Assembly (NCBI GenBank): GCA_026399515.1
Contig: JAPLQT010000121.1
Span: forward strand, 54,938-118,937
Direction of reading: 5' to 3'
Source: Pseudomonadota bacterium
Lineage (GTDB): Bacteria; Pseudomonadota; Gammaproteobacteria; Burkholderiales; Rhodocyclaceae
Length of the DNA stretch: 64,000 bases
Positions 18,949 to 29,032 of this stretch are shown here, piece after piece. Within the stretch, counting starts at the first letter, position 1. Each line of letters starts with the position of its first letter. The notes under the pieces were generated by a model. That model searched no databases. It had not been told where the DNA came from and worked only from the letters and a program-made list of their open reading frames with translations. A program made the translations under genes and the position numbers.

Positions 18949-20214
18949 ATGCTGAACATTCATCGCCTGTTGCTGCAACGTCTGCTGGCCAGCTGGGTGC
19001 TGATTTCCCTGGCGGTCGGGGGGACGGTCTACTACTTCGGCATCGAGAAAATCGACGATCAACTGGTGGACATCGTCAGCGCCGAATCGGCCCACATTTC
19101 CGAGACTCATATTTCCATCATCAACGACCCTGTGGTCGATCTGCCGGCGCTGGGGAAAATGACGGACGGCGTGATGCGAGAAAATTTCGTCGTCGTCGAG
19201 ATCTACAATCGGAGCGGGGAAAAACTGCTGGAGCGGGTGAACCCGCGCTTCGAAACCATAGAGCAGCATCTCAAGCAGTACACCCATGTTTTCCCGCGCG
19301 ATGGCGGCGTGAAATACGATCGTTTCCAGGTCGACGGGCAGAACGTGCTCCAGGCCCTGGTGCCCATCAAGGACCACGCAGGGGCAACCGCCGGTTTCCT
19401 CGAAGGGGTTTTCATCATCGATCCGGAGATCCTCGCCCGCTTGCGCCAGGATCTCGCCGTGACACTGCTGATAGCGTTGTGCACCGTGCTGGTGACGACC
19501 TTGGTGTTGTATCCGGTGATCATTTCGCTGAACCGCAATGTGATCAAATTCACCCGCGACCTGCTCAAGGGCAACATCGAGCTGATGGAAGTGCTGGGCA
19601 GCGCCATCGCCAAGCGCGATTCGGATACCAATATCCACAACTACCGCGTGTCGATTTATGCAGTGCGGCTGGCGGAGGCGGCCGGCCTGAGCAAGGAGCA
19701 GATCCTCAATCTGATCGCCGGCGCCTTTCTTCACGATGTCGGCAAGATCGGCATCAGCGACAGCATCTTGCTCAAACCCGCCAAGCTGAGCGAGGAAGAG
19801 TTCGCCGTGATGAAGACCCACGTCACCCTCGGCGTGGATATCCTGACCAAATCCAACTGGCTGCAAAGCGCGCGCGACGTGGTCGAATTCCATCACGAAA
19901 AATTCAATGGCAAAGGTTATATGCGCGGCTACAAGGGAGAGGAGATTCCCATCAATGCCCGCGTCTTCGCCATCGTGGACGTCTTCGACGCGTTGACCTC
20001 GAAGCGGCCCTACAAGGAGCCGATGCCTTTCGACGAGGCGATGGCGATCCTGCGCCGCGACAGCGGCAGCCACTTCGATCCGCGCCTGATCGTGGCCTTC
20101 GAAGGCATCGTCGAGCCCCTCTACCGGCAGATCAGTGCCGCGCCGGACGAGGTGGTGGAGAAAAAGCTACAGGCGCTGATCGAGCGCTATTTCTTCGCCG
20201 ACAAAGCGGTCTGA
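18949..20214 (+). CDS. HD-GYP domain cyclic-di-GMP phosphodiesterase-type protein with membrane-anchored N-terminal sensor region
   Basis: 421-aa ORF. Two TM segments flank a periplasmic-type region. HDVGKIGI, HHEKFNGKGYMRGY (GYP) and DVFDALTSKRPYK are present. Confidence 0.85.
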   Translation: MLNIHRLLLQRLLASWVLISLAVGGTVYYFGIEKIDDQLVDIVSAESAHISETHISIINDPVVDLPALGKMTDGVMRENFVVVEIYNRSGEKLLERVNPRFETIEQHLKQYTHVFPRDGGVKYDRFQVDGQNVLQALVPIKDHAGATAGFLEGVFIIDPEILARLRQDLAVTLLIALCTVLVTTLVLYPVIISLNRNVIKFTRDLLKGNIELMEVLGSAIAKRDSDTNIHNYRVSIYAVRLAEAAGLSKEQILNLIAGAFLHDVGKIGISDSILLKPAKLSEEEFAVMKTHVTLGVDILTKSNWLQSARDVVEFHHEKFNGKGYMRGYKGEEIPINARVFAIVDVFDALTSKRPYKEPMPFDEAMAILRRDSGSHFDPRLIVAFEGIVEPLYRQISAAPDEVVEKKLQALIERYFFADKAV

Positions 20215-21006
20215 TCAGACGGCCACCAGGAATTCCATCAGCAGTCGGTTGAAAATCTCCGCTTGTTCGATATTGGACAAGTGCGCGGCATCGGGAATGA
20301 TCTCCAGCCGGGCGCCGGGAATTGCCTCGGCGATCTCGCGCGCCATCGATGGTGGCGTGCCGGCATCCTCGGCGCCGACGATCACCAGCGTCGGGTGAGC
20401 CACCGCGTGCAGCCGTGGAGTGATGTTCAGGGTCGGGATGGTCTGCCCGCAGCCGTTATAACCGGCCGGCGGCGTGTTGCGGATCAGGTTTCCGATACGC
20501 GCCATGACATCGGGATGGGCGGCGCGAAACGGCGCTGTGAACCAGCGCTCCAGGGTGCTGTCCACCAGCACTGCCATGCCTTTCTCGCGAACGAGCCTGA
20601 TGCGCTCGACCCAGACAGGGATCGCCGCGGGCGGATAACGGCTGGAAGTGTCGGCCAGCACCAGCCGATCGATACGCTCGGGCGCGCGCAAGGCCAGGTG
20701 CTGGCCTATCATGCCGCCCATCGATAGCCCGGCGAAATGGGTGCGCGCTATGCCCAGGACATCGAGCAGGCCGAGGACATCGCCGCTCAAGCGTTCCCAA
20801 CTGTAGGCATCCTCGGTGTCCGGCGGCGCGCTGCTTTGCCCGTGGCCGCGCGTGTCGAAGCGCAGCACGGTGAAATGCGGCGTCAGCGCCGCCATCTGCG
20901 GATCCCACATGGAGAGGTCGCAGGCCAGCGAATGCGACAGCGTCAGCCATGGCCCGCTGCCGGCGATGTCGTAATGGATGTCGATGCCGTTGGCGTGGAT
21001 TTTCAT
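20215..21006 (-). CDS. Alpha/beta hydrolase, 3-oxoadipate enol-lactonase-like
   Basis: 263-aa ORF with nucleophile elbow GLSMGG and a C-terminal AAHLSNIEQ block. Its stop abuts the stop of the HD-GYP gene. Confidence 0.7.
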   Translation of the reverse strand: MKIHANGIDIHYDIAGSGPWLTLSHSLACDLSMWDPQMAALTPHFTVLRFDTRGHGQSSAPPDTEDAYSWERLSGDVLGLLDVLGIARTHFAGLSMGGMIGQHLALRAPERIDRLVLADTSSRYPPAAIPVWVERIRLVREKGMAVLVDSTLERWFTAPFRAAHPDVMARIGNLIRNTPPAGYNGCGQTIPTLNITPRLHAVAHPTLVIVGAEDAGTPPSMAREIAEAIPGARLEIIPDAAHLSNIEQAEIFNRLLMEFLVAV

Positions 21007-21016
21007 TTTGAAGTCC

Positions 21017-23248
21017 TTATGCCGGTGTCAGTTTGGCGATGGAGAGCGCCAGCCATTTCATGCCGGCGTGGCCGAAGTTGACCTGCACCCGCGCATCCAT
21101 GCCGGATCCTTCGGCATTGATGATGACGCCGAGGCCGAACTTGCCGTGCATGACGTTCTGGCCGATATGGAAGCCGCTGGCGTCTTCCTGCCGTGACGCG
21201 CGCAAGCGTGCCACGTCCCTATCTGGATACGTCGGCATATCCCCCCAGGGGACTTCCTTCCGGGCGAAGTCGCTGTGCCGTTCGGAAATGCTGTTGGCCT
21301 TGAATTTGGGCGTCAGCCATTTCAACAAGTCCGCTGGGATTTCATCGAGAAAGCGCGACACCATGTTGTAGCGCGTCTGGCCGTGCAGCATGCGGGTCTG
21401 GGCGAAACTCAGGTACAGCCGCTGGCGCGCCCGCGTCACGGCGACATACATCAGGCGCCGCTCTTCCTCCAGGCCCTTCTCCTCGATCACTGAGTTCTCA
21501 TGCGGAAACAGCCCTTCCTCCAGGCCGCTGATGAACACCATGTTGAACTCCAGGCCCTTGGCGGAATGCACGGTCATCAACTGCACCGCGTCGTCGCTGT
21601 CGCCGGCCTGGTGTTCGCCGGCTTCCAGCGCGGCATGCGCCAGGAAGGAGGCGAGGTCGCCGGTGTCTTCCATACCCTCGGTCGGCGCTTCGCGGTTCCC
21701 TTCTTCGGCGACGAAACCGGCGGCGGCGTTGATCAGTTCGTCGAGGTTGGCCAGGCGGTCTTCGCCTTCCCTTTCGTTGCGGTAGTGTTCGCGCAGCCCG
21801 GAGAGTTCCACCACATGGTCGACTACTTCGGGCAGCGGCAGGCCGGCGCTGCCTTCCCGCATCCGGATGACGAGTTGGGCAAAACCGGACAAGGAAGCCA
21901 GCGCCTTGCCGCCGAGTCCCCGGATCGCCGCGTGCAGGCTACAGTTCCGTGCCTTGGCGGCATCGGCGAGCTGCTCCAGGGAACGCGCACCGATGCCGCG
22001 GGTGGGGAAATTCACCACCCGCGCAAATGCGGTGTCGTCGTCGGCGTTGGCGATCAGGCGCAGGTAGGCCAGGGCGTGCTTGATCTCCTGGCGTTCGAAG
22101 AAGCGCAGCCCGCCATACACCCGGTAGGGCAGGCCGGCGTTGAACAGGGCATGTTCCAGCACCCGCGACTGGGCGTTGGAGCGATACAGCAGGGCGATCT
22201 CCGCGCGGGCATGGCCGTCGCGCGTCAGCGCCTTGATCTCCTCGACGATCCAGCGCGCCTCGTCGACATCGCTCAAGGACTCGAAGACGCGGATCGGTTC
22301 TCCGCTGCCGGCCTCGGTCCACAGGTTCTTGCCGAGCCGCGCCGCGTTGTTCTTGATGATGGCGTTGGCGGCATCGAGGATGTTGCCGTGCGAGCGATAG
22401 TTCTGTTCCAGCCGGATGACCTTGGCGACCTGGAATTCGCGCTCCAGGTCGCGCATATTGCCGACCTCGGCGCCGCGAAACGCGTAGATCGATTGGTCGT
22501 CATCACCGACGGCAAACATCGAGGCACCGCCGCCGGCCAGCAGTTTCAACCACCGATATTGCAACTTGTTGGTGTCCTGGAATTCGTCGACCAGGATGTG
22601 ACGGAAACGTTCCTGGTAATGGCGCCGCAGGATCTCGTTCCTCTCCAGCAACTCGAAGGAACGCAGCAGCAGCTCGGCGAAATCCACCACGCCTTCGCGC
22701 TGGCATTGCCGCTCGTAGGCGTCGTACAGTTCGACGCGCTTGCGGGTGTAGTCGTCCCACGCCTCGACCACCGCAGCGCGCAGTCCCTGCTCTTTCTGCG
22801 CGTTGATGAAATGCTGCAATTCGCGCGGGGGGAATTTCTCGTCGTCGACGTTCAAGGATTTCAGCAGGCGCTTGATCGCCGACAACTGGTCGGCCTGATC
22901 GAGGATCTGGAACAATTGCGGCAGCGCGGCCTCGCGGTAGTGGGCGCGCAGCAGGCGGTTGCACAGGCCGTGGAAGGTGCCGATCCACATGCCGCGGGTA
23001 TTGATGGGCAGCATCGCGGACAGCCGGGTGAGCATTTCCTTGGCCGCCTTGTTGGTGAAAGTCACGGCGAGTATGCTGTGTGGCCCGGCCTGGCTGGTGG
23101 AGATCAGCCAGGCGATGCGCGTCGTCAGCACCCGCGTCTTCCCGCTGCCTGCGCCGGCAAGGATCAGCGCGTGCTGGGGCGGGAGGGTGACGGCGGCAAG
23201 TTGTTCGGGATTGAGGCCGGAGAGCAGGATGGGTGTGAGAGCAGGCAT
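21017..23248 (-). CDS. uvrD: ATP-dependent DNA helicase II (UvrD/PcrA family)
   Basis: 743-aa ORF with LNPEQLAAV, AGAGSGKTRVLT, the TFTNKAAKEM, VDEFQDTN and VHSAKGLEF motifs, plus a C-terminal HGKFGLGVI tail. Confidence 0.85.
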   Translation of the reverse strand: MPALTPILLSGLNPEQLAAVTLPPQHALILAGAGSGKTRVLTTRIAWLISTSQAGPHSILAVTFTNKAAKEMLTRLSAMLPINTRGMWIGTFHGLCNRLLRAHYREAALPQLFQILDQADQLSAIKRLLKSLNVDDEKFPPRELQHFINAQKEQGLRAAVVEAWDDYTRKRVELYDAYERQCQREGVVDFAELLLRSFELLERNEILRRHYQERFRHILVDEFQDTNKLQYRWLKLLAGGGASMFAVGDDDQSIYAFRGAEVGNMRDLEREFQVAKVIRLEQNYRSHGNILDAANAIIKNNAARLGKNLWTEAGSGEPIRVFESLSDVDEARWIVEEIKALTRDGHARAEIALLYRSNAQSRVLEHALFNAGLPYRVYGGLRFFERQEIKHALAYLRLIANADDDTAFARVVNFPTRGIGARSLEQLADAAKARNCSLHAAIRGLGGKALASLSGFAQLVIRMREGSAGLPLPEVVDHVVELSGLREHYRNEREGEDRLANLDELINAAAGFVAEEGNREAPTEGMEDTGDLASFLAHAALEAGEHQAGDSDDAVQLMTVHSAKGLEFNMVFISGLEEGLFPHENSVIEEKGLEEERRLMYVAVTRARQRLYLSFAQTRMLHGQTRYNMVSRFLDEIPADLLKWLTPKFKANSISERHSDFARKEVPWGDMPTYPDRDVARLRASRQEDASGFHIGQNVMHGKFGLGVIINAEGSGMDARVQVNFGHAGMKWLALSIAKLTPA

Positions 23249-23287
23249 GCCGAAATTATAGGCGGATGGCGCGGTATCATCGGGGGA

Positions 23288-24049
23288 ATGTTAAGTTCAA
23301 GTTCTCCCATTCGCAGCGCCATCGTTGCCCAGTTGCTCGGCGCAATCGTCGCGGCTTTGCTGGTCCGCCTGGCCTATCCGCAACTCGTCGACACGCCGCT
23401 GGCCTGCGCCATCCTGCAAGGCATCTGCGCGGCGTTGATCGGCCATGGGATGGGTGCGCCGCGCTGGTGGCTGATTATCCACTGCGGCTTCCTGCCCGCC
23501 GCGGTGCTGGCCGGCCGCCTGGAAATTGCGCCGGAATGGTATTTCGCCGCCTTCGCCCTGTTGCTGCTGATCTACTGGCGCACCGATCAGAGCCAGGTGC
23601 CCTTGTATCTGTCGAACGCGACGACCGCCCAGTCGCTACTGGAAATGCTGCCGGACTATCCCTGCCGGCTTGTCGATCTCGGCTGCGGCCATGGCGGATT
23701 GCTGTGCCGGCTGGCGCGCGCACGCCGCGACTGTTCCTTTGTCGGCATCGAACACGCGCCATTGCCGTGGTTGTGGGCGAAGCTGGCGAGCCTGGGCTTG
23801 CCCAATATGCGGATTCGTTATGGCGATTTCTGGCGCTCGACTCTCGCCCCCTACGATATTGTCTACGCTTTCCTCTCGCCCGTGCCGATGCCTCGCCTGA
23901 TGGACAAGGCTCGCGCCGAAATGCGCGCCGGCACTCTTTTGATCAGCAACAGTTTCGCCGTTCCCGATGTGACGGCGGAATGCGTCGTCGATGTCCCGGA
24001 CCGGCGTGCCACGCGCCTATATTGCTACCGCCCGCTCGGTTCGAATTAA
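23288..24049 (+). CDS. Class I SAM-dependent methyltransferase with N-terminal TM segments
   Basis: I placed the start at the ATG giving MLSSSSPIRS. The upstream part of ORF 21500..24049 is an antisense shadow of uvrD. SAM motif I is VDLGCGHGGLL, and three to four hydrophobic helices precede it. Confidence 0.65.
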   Translation: MLSSSSPIRSAIVAQLLGAIVAALLVRLAYPQLVDTPLACAILQGICAALIGHGMGAPRWWLIIHCGFLPAAVLAGRLEIAPEWYFAAFALLLLIYWRTDQSQVPLYLSNATTAQSLLEMLPDYPCRLVDLGCGHGGLLCRLARARRDCSFVGIEHAPLPWLWAKLASLGLPNMRIRYGDFWRSTLAPYDIVYAFLSPVPMPRLMDKARAEMRAGTLLISNSFAVPDVTAECVVDVPDRRATRLYCYRPLGSN

Positions 24050-24165
24050 GGCCCGATTGCATTGCATTTCGCCGCATCGCTGCCTCATGCTTTCCCCAAT
24101 AATCCGAACCTGATGCAAGCCCCGCTGGAATAACAGCGGGACGGGCGACGAACTGGAGAGGCAAT

Positions 24166-24858
24166 ATGGCGGACATTATTTGCGTCATCGGCAACAAGGG
24201 CGGCACCGGCAAGACCACGCTTTCGCACATGCTCTGCCAGGGGCTGGGCCTGGTCGGCCAGCGTTCGGTGTGCGTGCTGACCGACACCCATCGCGAACCC
24301 CTCGCCCCCGGCAGCCGCCGCTATTTGACCGCCGATGCGCGCACCCGCGAAGCGCTGGGCAAGGTGGTCGACAAGGTGCGTGCGCTGAAAGCCTGGCTGG
24401 GCGTCATCGACGGCGGCGGCAACCGCACCGAGATGGACCGCAAGCTCTATGGCCTGGCCGACCTGGTGCTGCTGCCTTTCCGCGATTCGCACGAGGACAT
24501 CCGCACGGTGATCCGCGACCTGGACATGTTTCCGCGCGCCTATGCCGTGCCTATGCAATGGCCGACCAACCCGTGGCAGCGCGAGGCGGCGGAAAAAAGC
24601 GTCGGCGAATTCCTGACGCCTTACCGGGACCGTATCCTGGAGCCGGTCTTCGCACTGTCGGCAACCAAACTGCTGCTACAGAAGGAGTTGCCCGGCGCCT
24701 TGCCGACGCCGCTGGCGAATGCCTGCCGGGGCATGGCCCATCAAGTCCTCGATCTGCTGCAAATCGCGATCGACGACGACGTCGTCGAACACGACAACGG
24801 CATTTCGCATCCTCCTCCGTCGTCCCGCAACATGTCCGGCAGCGCAGTTCCGGCCTGA
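24166..24858 (+). CDS. Orphan ParA/MinD-family P-loop ATPase
   Basis: 230-aa ORF with a deviant Walker A including the signature lysine (GNKGGTGKTT). GGAGAGG lies 8 nt upstream of the ATG. No parB-like partner is adjacent. Confidence 0.7.
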   Translation: MADIICVIGNKGGTGKTTLSHMLCQGLGLVGQRSVCVLTDTHREPLAPGSRRYLTADARTREALGKVVDKVRALKAWLGVIDGGGNRTEMDRKLYGLADLVLLPFRDSHEDIRTVIRDLDMFPRAYAVPMQWPTNPWQREAAEKSVGEFLTPYRDRILEPVFALSATKLLLQKELPGALPTPLANACRGMAHQVLDLLQIAIDDDVVEHDNGISHPPPSSRNMSGSAVPA

Positions 24859-24953
24859 GGCACGGGAACCGCTGTCCGGTTTCGGCTTCCCGCCCCACGG
24901 GCGACCGGCCGGCTTAGGTGTAATATCGCCGTATCCACAGCCGGGAGCAAACC

Positions 24954-25355
24954 ATGACCGATGCAACTCAATCGCAGGATCCGCTTGAATTCCTCAAGTC
25001 CATGTGGGGCGGCATGGGGTTTTCCCTGCCCGGAATGGTGACGCCGACGCTGGACGTGGATGAACTCGACAAGCACATCACCGATCTCAAGACCGTCGAA
25101 GGCTGGCTGAAGATGAACCTGAACATGCTGCAGATGACCATCCAGGGCATGGAAATGCAGCGCGCCACCCTGTCCGCGTTCCAGGCCATGAGCCAGTCGG
25201 CGGGCGGCGCCGAAGCACATCCCAACCCCTTCGCCCAGGCATCCCTCAATCCATCGGCCTGGCCGTGGAATTTCATGCAGCCGGCGGCAGCGGAAGCGGA
25301 TGCGCCACCTAAACCAGCGAAGTCCGCCGCGAGAAAAAAGAAGAGCGCGCCTTAG
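24954..25355 (+). CDS. PhaM-like PHA-granule-associated protein (tentative)
   Basis: 133-aa ORF. FLKSMWGGMGFSLPGMVTPTLDVDELDKHITDLKTVEGWLKMNLNMLQMTIQGMEMQRATL resembles my memory of the Ralstonia PhaM N-terminus. It has a Lys/Pro/Ala-rich basic tail (PPKPAKSAARKKKSAP). Confidence 0.5.
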   Translation: MTDATQSQDPLEFLKSMWGGMGFSLPGMVTPTLDVDELDKHITDLKTVEGWLKMNLNMLQMTIQGMEMQRATLSAFQAMSQSAGGAEAHPNPFAQASLNPSAWPWNFMQPAAAEADAPPKPAKSAARKKKSAP

Positions 25356-25405
25356 CAACGGGCCGAGGCGCCCGGCCAACACGCACGTCGGATCCCGGAC
25401 TTTCT

Positions 25406-26644
25406 TCAGTCGTACTTGCGTGCGTCTTCGATTACCTTGCCGTCGTTGGGCAGGCTCCCGCCAGCCACCAATTCGACTTCTCCGCGCAGCTTGGTGATGT
25501 CGCGGATGCTGGCGGCGATCGCCGTCGCCAGGTCCTTGGATGTCGCCGCCGGGACTTCACAGCGCAGCGTCATGCTGTCGCTGGTATCGGGGTTGGTCAC
25601 CACCAGGCGTGCCTTGAGGATCTCGGCATGCCGCTTGACCACTGCCGCCACCTGTTCCGGATGGACGAACATGCCCTTCACCTTGGTGGTCTGATCGGCT
25701 CGCCCCAGCCAGCCCTTGATGCGGGTGTTGGTGCGTCCGCAGGGCGAGATGCCTGGCAGCACCGCCGACATGTCGCCGGTGCCGAAGCGGATCAGCGGAT
25801 AGTCGGGATTGAAGGTAGTGATGACGACTTCGCCGACTTCGCCCGCCGCTACCGGGTCGCCGGTGCCGGGACGGACGATTTCGAGCAGCAGTTCTTCCTC
25901 CAGCAGCAAGCCCTCGCGAGCCTCTGTTTCGTAGGCGATCAAGCCCAGGTCGGCTGTGCCGTAGGCCTGGAAGCAGGCGATGTCGCGTTCCGCAAACAGC
26001 GTTTTCTGCGCCGGGAACAGCGCTTCGCCGGATACCACCGCCCGTTTCAGCGAGGAAATATCGGCTTTAAGTTCATCGGCTTTGTCGATGATGATCTTGA
26101 GGAAGGAGGGGGTGCCGACATAAGCGATCGGGCGCAGATCGGCAATCGCCGCCACCTGCATCTCGGTCTGGCCGGTGCCGGCCGGGAACACGCAGCAGCC
26201 GATCTTCTGCGCCCCGCCCTCGACCATGAAGCCGGCCGGAGTGAAGTGGTAGGAGAAAGTGTTATGCACCAGTTCGCCGGCCTTGAATCCCGCCGCGTAC
26301 AGCGAGCGGGCGAAGCGCCACCAGTCCGCGGCGCGGCCTTCGGGATCGTAGATCGGCCCGGGTGAGGAGAAGATCCGACCGAGCCCGGAAAGCGGCGTGG
26401 CCGTGAGGCCGCCAAACGGCTTCTGCTGTTTCTGCAATTCGATCAGTGCGTGCTTGCGCAGCACCGGAAGTTTAGCTAATGCGGCGCGACTATTGACGGA
26501 AGCCGCATCGACTGCGGCCAGCGCCTGGGCGAAGTACGCCGAATAGTGTTTGGCATGGGCGATCTGCTGCGGCAAGCGCGCCATCAGCGACGCTTCCCGC
26601 TCGTCCGGGTCGCGGGTTTCGAGAGCATCAAAAAACTTAGACAT
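25406..26644 (-). CDS. Phenylacetate-CoA ligase (PaaK/F390 synthetase) family adenylating enzyme
   Basis: I placed the start at the ATG giving MSKFFDALETRDPDERE (26644). The size, the N-terminal pattern and its position next to a Liv-type ABC cluster are typical of this family. Confidence 0.7.
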   Translation of the reverse strand: MSKFFDALETRDPDEREASLMARLPQQIAHAKHYSAYFAQALAAVDAASVNSRAALAKLPVLRKHALIELQKQQKPFGGLTATPLSGLGRIFSSPGPIYDPEGRAADWWRFARSLYAAGFKAGELVHNTFSYHFTPAGFMVEGGAQKIGCCVFPAGTGQTEMQVAAIADLRPIAYVGTPSFLKIIIDKADELKADISSLKRAVVSGEALFPAQKTLFAERDIACFQAYGTADLGLIAYETEAREGLLLEEELLLEIVRPGTGDPVAAGEVGEVVITTFNPDYPLIRFGTGDMSAVLPGISPCGRTNTRIKGWLGRADQTTKVKGMFVHPEQVAAVVKRHAEILKARLVVTNPDTSDSMTLRCEVPAATSKDLATAIAASIRDITKLRGEVELVAGGSLPNDGKVIEDARKYD

Positions 26645-26784
26645 CACAAACTCCAACAAATATTTGACAGGGCAGAGGGGACGAATGCATAGCGCCAAGC
26701 GATGCAAGGCGAGAAAGGGCGCCGCATAGCAGCGCTATGCAAGGCCTTGAGCAACGCCGCAGCGCGCCGTGCGATATGCGTTCG

Positions 26785-27615
26785 TCAGGCGAGCCAGCGT
26801 TTCCTTCTTCGATAGTGCTTGACGTCGCGGAAGCTCTTGCGGCCGCCGGAGGAGATGCCGAGATAGAACTCCTTGACGTCCTCGTTGCTGGCCAGTTCCT
26901 TGGCATCGCCTTCCATTACCACCCGGCCGTTTTCGAGGATGTAGCCGAAATCCGCATAGCGCAATGCCACCGTCGTATTCTGCTCGGCCAGCAGGAAGCT
27001 GACTTTCTCGCGCTGGTTGAGGTCGCGGACGATCTCGAAAATTTCCTCGACGATCTGCGGCGCCAGGCCCATCGACGGCTCGTCGAGCAGGATCATGGTC
27101 GGCTTGGCCATCAAGGCCCGGCCGATGGCCGTCATCTGTTGCTCGCCGCCCGAGGTATAGCCGGCCAGAGAGCTGCGCCGCGTTTTCAGGCGCGGGAAAT
27201 AATCGTAGACCTTTTCAAGGCTCAGCTTGAGGTCGCCGCGCGAAATGTTGCGGGTATAGGCGCCGGTCAGCAGGTTTTCTTCGACGGTCAGGTGGCCGAA
27301 GCAGTGACGGCCTTCCATGACCTGCACCATGCCACGCTTGACCAGATCGTTGGGCGAGAGCTGGTCGACGCGTTCGCCGCGAAATTCCACCGACCCCTTG
27401 GTGACGTCGCCGCGCTCGCCGCGCAGCAGGGTCGAAATCGACTTGAGCGTGGTGCTCTTGCCTGCGCCATTGGCGCCCAGGATGGCGACGATCTTGCCTT
27501 CCTGCACCTCAAGGGATACGCCCTTGAGCACCAGGATCACGTGATCGTAGATCACCTCGACGTTATTGACGTTGAGGAAAGCCTTGGCCGTTGCCGAGCT
27601 GGTCTGGGTATTCAT
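26785..27615 (-). CDS. Branched-chain amino acid-type ABC transporter ATP-binding protein (LivF-like)
   Basis: 276-aa ORF with GANGAGKST, SGGEQQM and ILLDEPSMGLAP, plus a basic C-terminal extension. Confidence 0.85.
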   Translation of the reverse strand: MNTQTSSATAKAFLNVNNVEVIYDHVILVLKGVSLEVQEGKIVAILGANGAGKSTTLKSISTLLRGERGDVTKGSVEFRGERVDQLSPNDLVKRGMVQVMEGRHCFGHLTVEENLLTGAYTRNISRGDLKLSLEKVYDYFPRLKTRRSSLAGYTSGGEQQMTAIGRALMAKPTMILLDEPSMGLAPQIVEEIFEIVRDLNQREKVSFLLAEQNTTVALRYADFGYILENGRVVMEGDAKELASNEDVKEFYLGISSGGRKSFRDVKHYRRRKRWLA

Positions 27616-27699
27616 CGATTTGAACTGATATCTATCGGAACTGCATTTGTCCGTTGCAATCGGACGGACGGGGCGACGCCCCGTCCGCCAACACCGTTA

Positions 27700-29010
27700 T
27701 CAGCCTTCCTTGGAACAGTCGCGCGGCGTGATCTTCTTCTCGACCGCATACTTGCCCGCGCTTTCCTCCATCATCTTGCGGATCATGGCCCTGTCGCCGA
27801 CGACCCAGTTCGGGGTGATCGACTTCCAGGCGGCGCCATCCCAGCGCTGCACCTTGACGGCACCCGAGCCTTCGTGATCCAGGCAGGTCGTCTTGACCGG
27901 CGGCAGCATGCCGAGGGCGCCCAGCGCCTTGAGCTTGGCTTCGTCTACGTTCAGGTTTTCAAAACCCCAGCGTACCTGTTCGCCCGTCATCACCTTGCCC
28001 TTGCCGAACTTTTCCTGAGCCTTGCGGATGGCTTCGACCCAGAGTATCCCCGCCGTCACGCCGCGCATGTGATAGGTGGAGCCGATGCGCGATTTGTCTT
28101 CCAGGTTGCCCTTGCCGGCGGCATAGACTTTCTTCTTGAGCTCGTCGAGCAACGGATAGTTGCCGGGTGTATTGAAGGTCATCGAGGTATAACCCTTGGC
28201 GGCATCTCCGGCCGGCACCACGTCCTCTTCCGAACCGGACCACCATACGCCGAGTATCTTCTCGCGCGGATAACCGTTGCGTTGCGCAGTCTTCAGCGCC
28301 GTCGGATTCATCACGCCCCAGCCCCACAGGATCACGTAATCGGGCTTGGCCTGGCGGATCTGTAGCCACTGCGACTGCTGCTCGTTGCCCGGATGCGGCA
28401 CCGCCAGCTTGAGCAGTTCGAAGCCGACTTGCTTGGCGTAGGCCTCGAGTACCGGAAAGGGCTCCTTGCCGAAAGCCGAGTCATGATAGAGGAAGGCGAT
28501 CTTCTTGCCCTTGAGCTTGTCGAGTCCGCCCTCCTTGTCGCCGAGATACTTGATCATGCCGGCGGCCTGGTTCCAGTAGCTGGTGATGAGCGGGAAGACA
28601 TACGGGAATACCCGGCCGTCGGCCGCATCGGAACGGCCGTAGCCCAGGGTGGTCATGGGAATCTTGTCCTGGGCGACGCGGTCGAGAATGCCGTAGGCGA
28701 TGCCGGTCGACAATGGCTCGACCATGCTTGCACCGCCGTTCTTGCTCTTCAGGCGCTCATAGCACTCGACCCCGCGCGAGGCGTTGTATTCGGTTTCGCA
28801 TTCTTCCCAGATCAATTTGACGCCATTGATGCCGCCGTTGATATTGACCAGGGTCATATAGTCGATGGCCCCGCCGAAGAAGCCTGAGCCTCCGGCAGCG
28901 TACGGGCCGACACGATAGTCGATGGCGGGAATGTATTGCTCAGCAGCCACGACCGCTCCGCCGGACGCCATAAGCGCCAGTGTCAGCAGGATTTTTTTTG
29001 CGATATTCAT
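27700..29010 (-). CDS. ABC transporter periplasmic substrate-binding protein (LivK/type I PBP family)
   Basis: The start ATG giving MNIAKKILLTLALMASGGAVVAA (signal peptide) is preceded by GGAGG. The ORF-track start at 29022 is TTG inside that RBS. Confidence 0.8.
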   Translation of the reverse strand: MNIAKKILLTLALMASGGAVVAAEQYIPAIDYRVGPYAAGGSGFFGGAIDYMTLVNINGGINGVKLIWEECETEYNASRGVECYERLKSKNGGASMVEPLSTGIAYGILDRVAQDKIPMTTLGYGRSDAADGRVFPYVFPLITSYWNQAAGMIKYLGDKEGGLDKLKGKKIAFLYHDSAFGKEPFPVLEAYAKQVGFELLKLAVPHPGNEQQSQWLQIRQAKPDYVILWGWGVMNPTALKTAQRNGYPREKILGVWWSGSEEDVVPAGDAAKGYTSMTFNTPGNYPLLDELKKKVYAAGKGNLEDKSRIGSTYHMRGVTAGILWVEAIRKAQEKFGKGKVMTGEQVRWGFENLNVDEAKLKALGALGMLPPVKTTCLDHEGSGAVKVQRWDGAAWKSITPNWVVGDRAMIRKMMEESAGKYAVEKKITPRDCSKEG

Positions 29011-29032
29011 AGTCACCTCCAATTAAGAAAAG

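Noticed and set aside
24030-24049. The tRNA T-arm-like string ggttcgaat.
   Set aside because: It lies inside the methyltransferase coding sequence (…PLGSN stop), with no acceptor or anticodon stems around it. I found no tRNA or rRNA gene in any intergenic gap.
26687-26745. Imperfect direct repeat and hairpin (gcatagc-agc-gctatgc; atgcaaggc twice) between the PaaK-like gene and the LivF-like gene.
   Set aside because: It is short, degenerate and within a normal operon junction. I could not connect it to any function beyond a possible weak attenuator.
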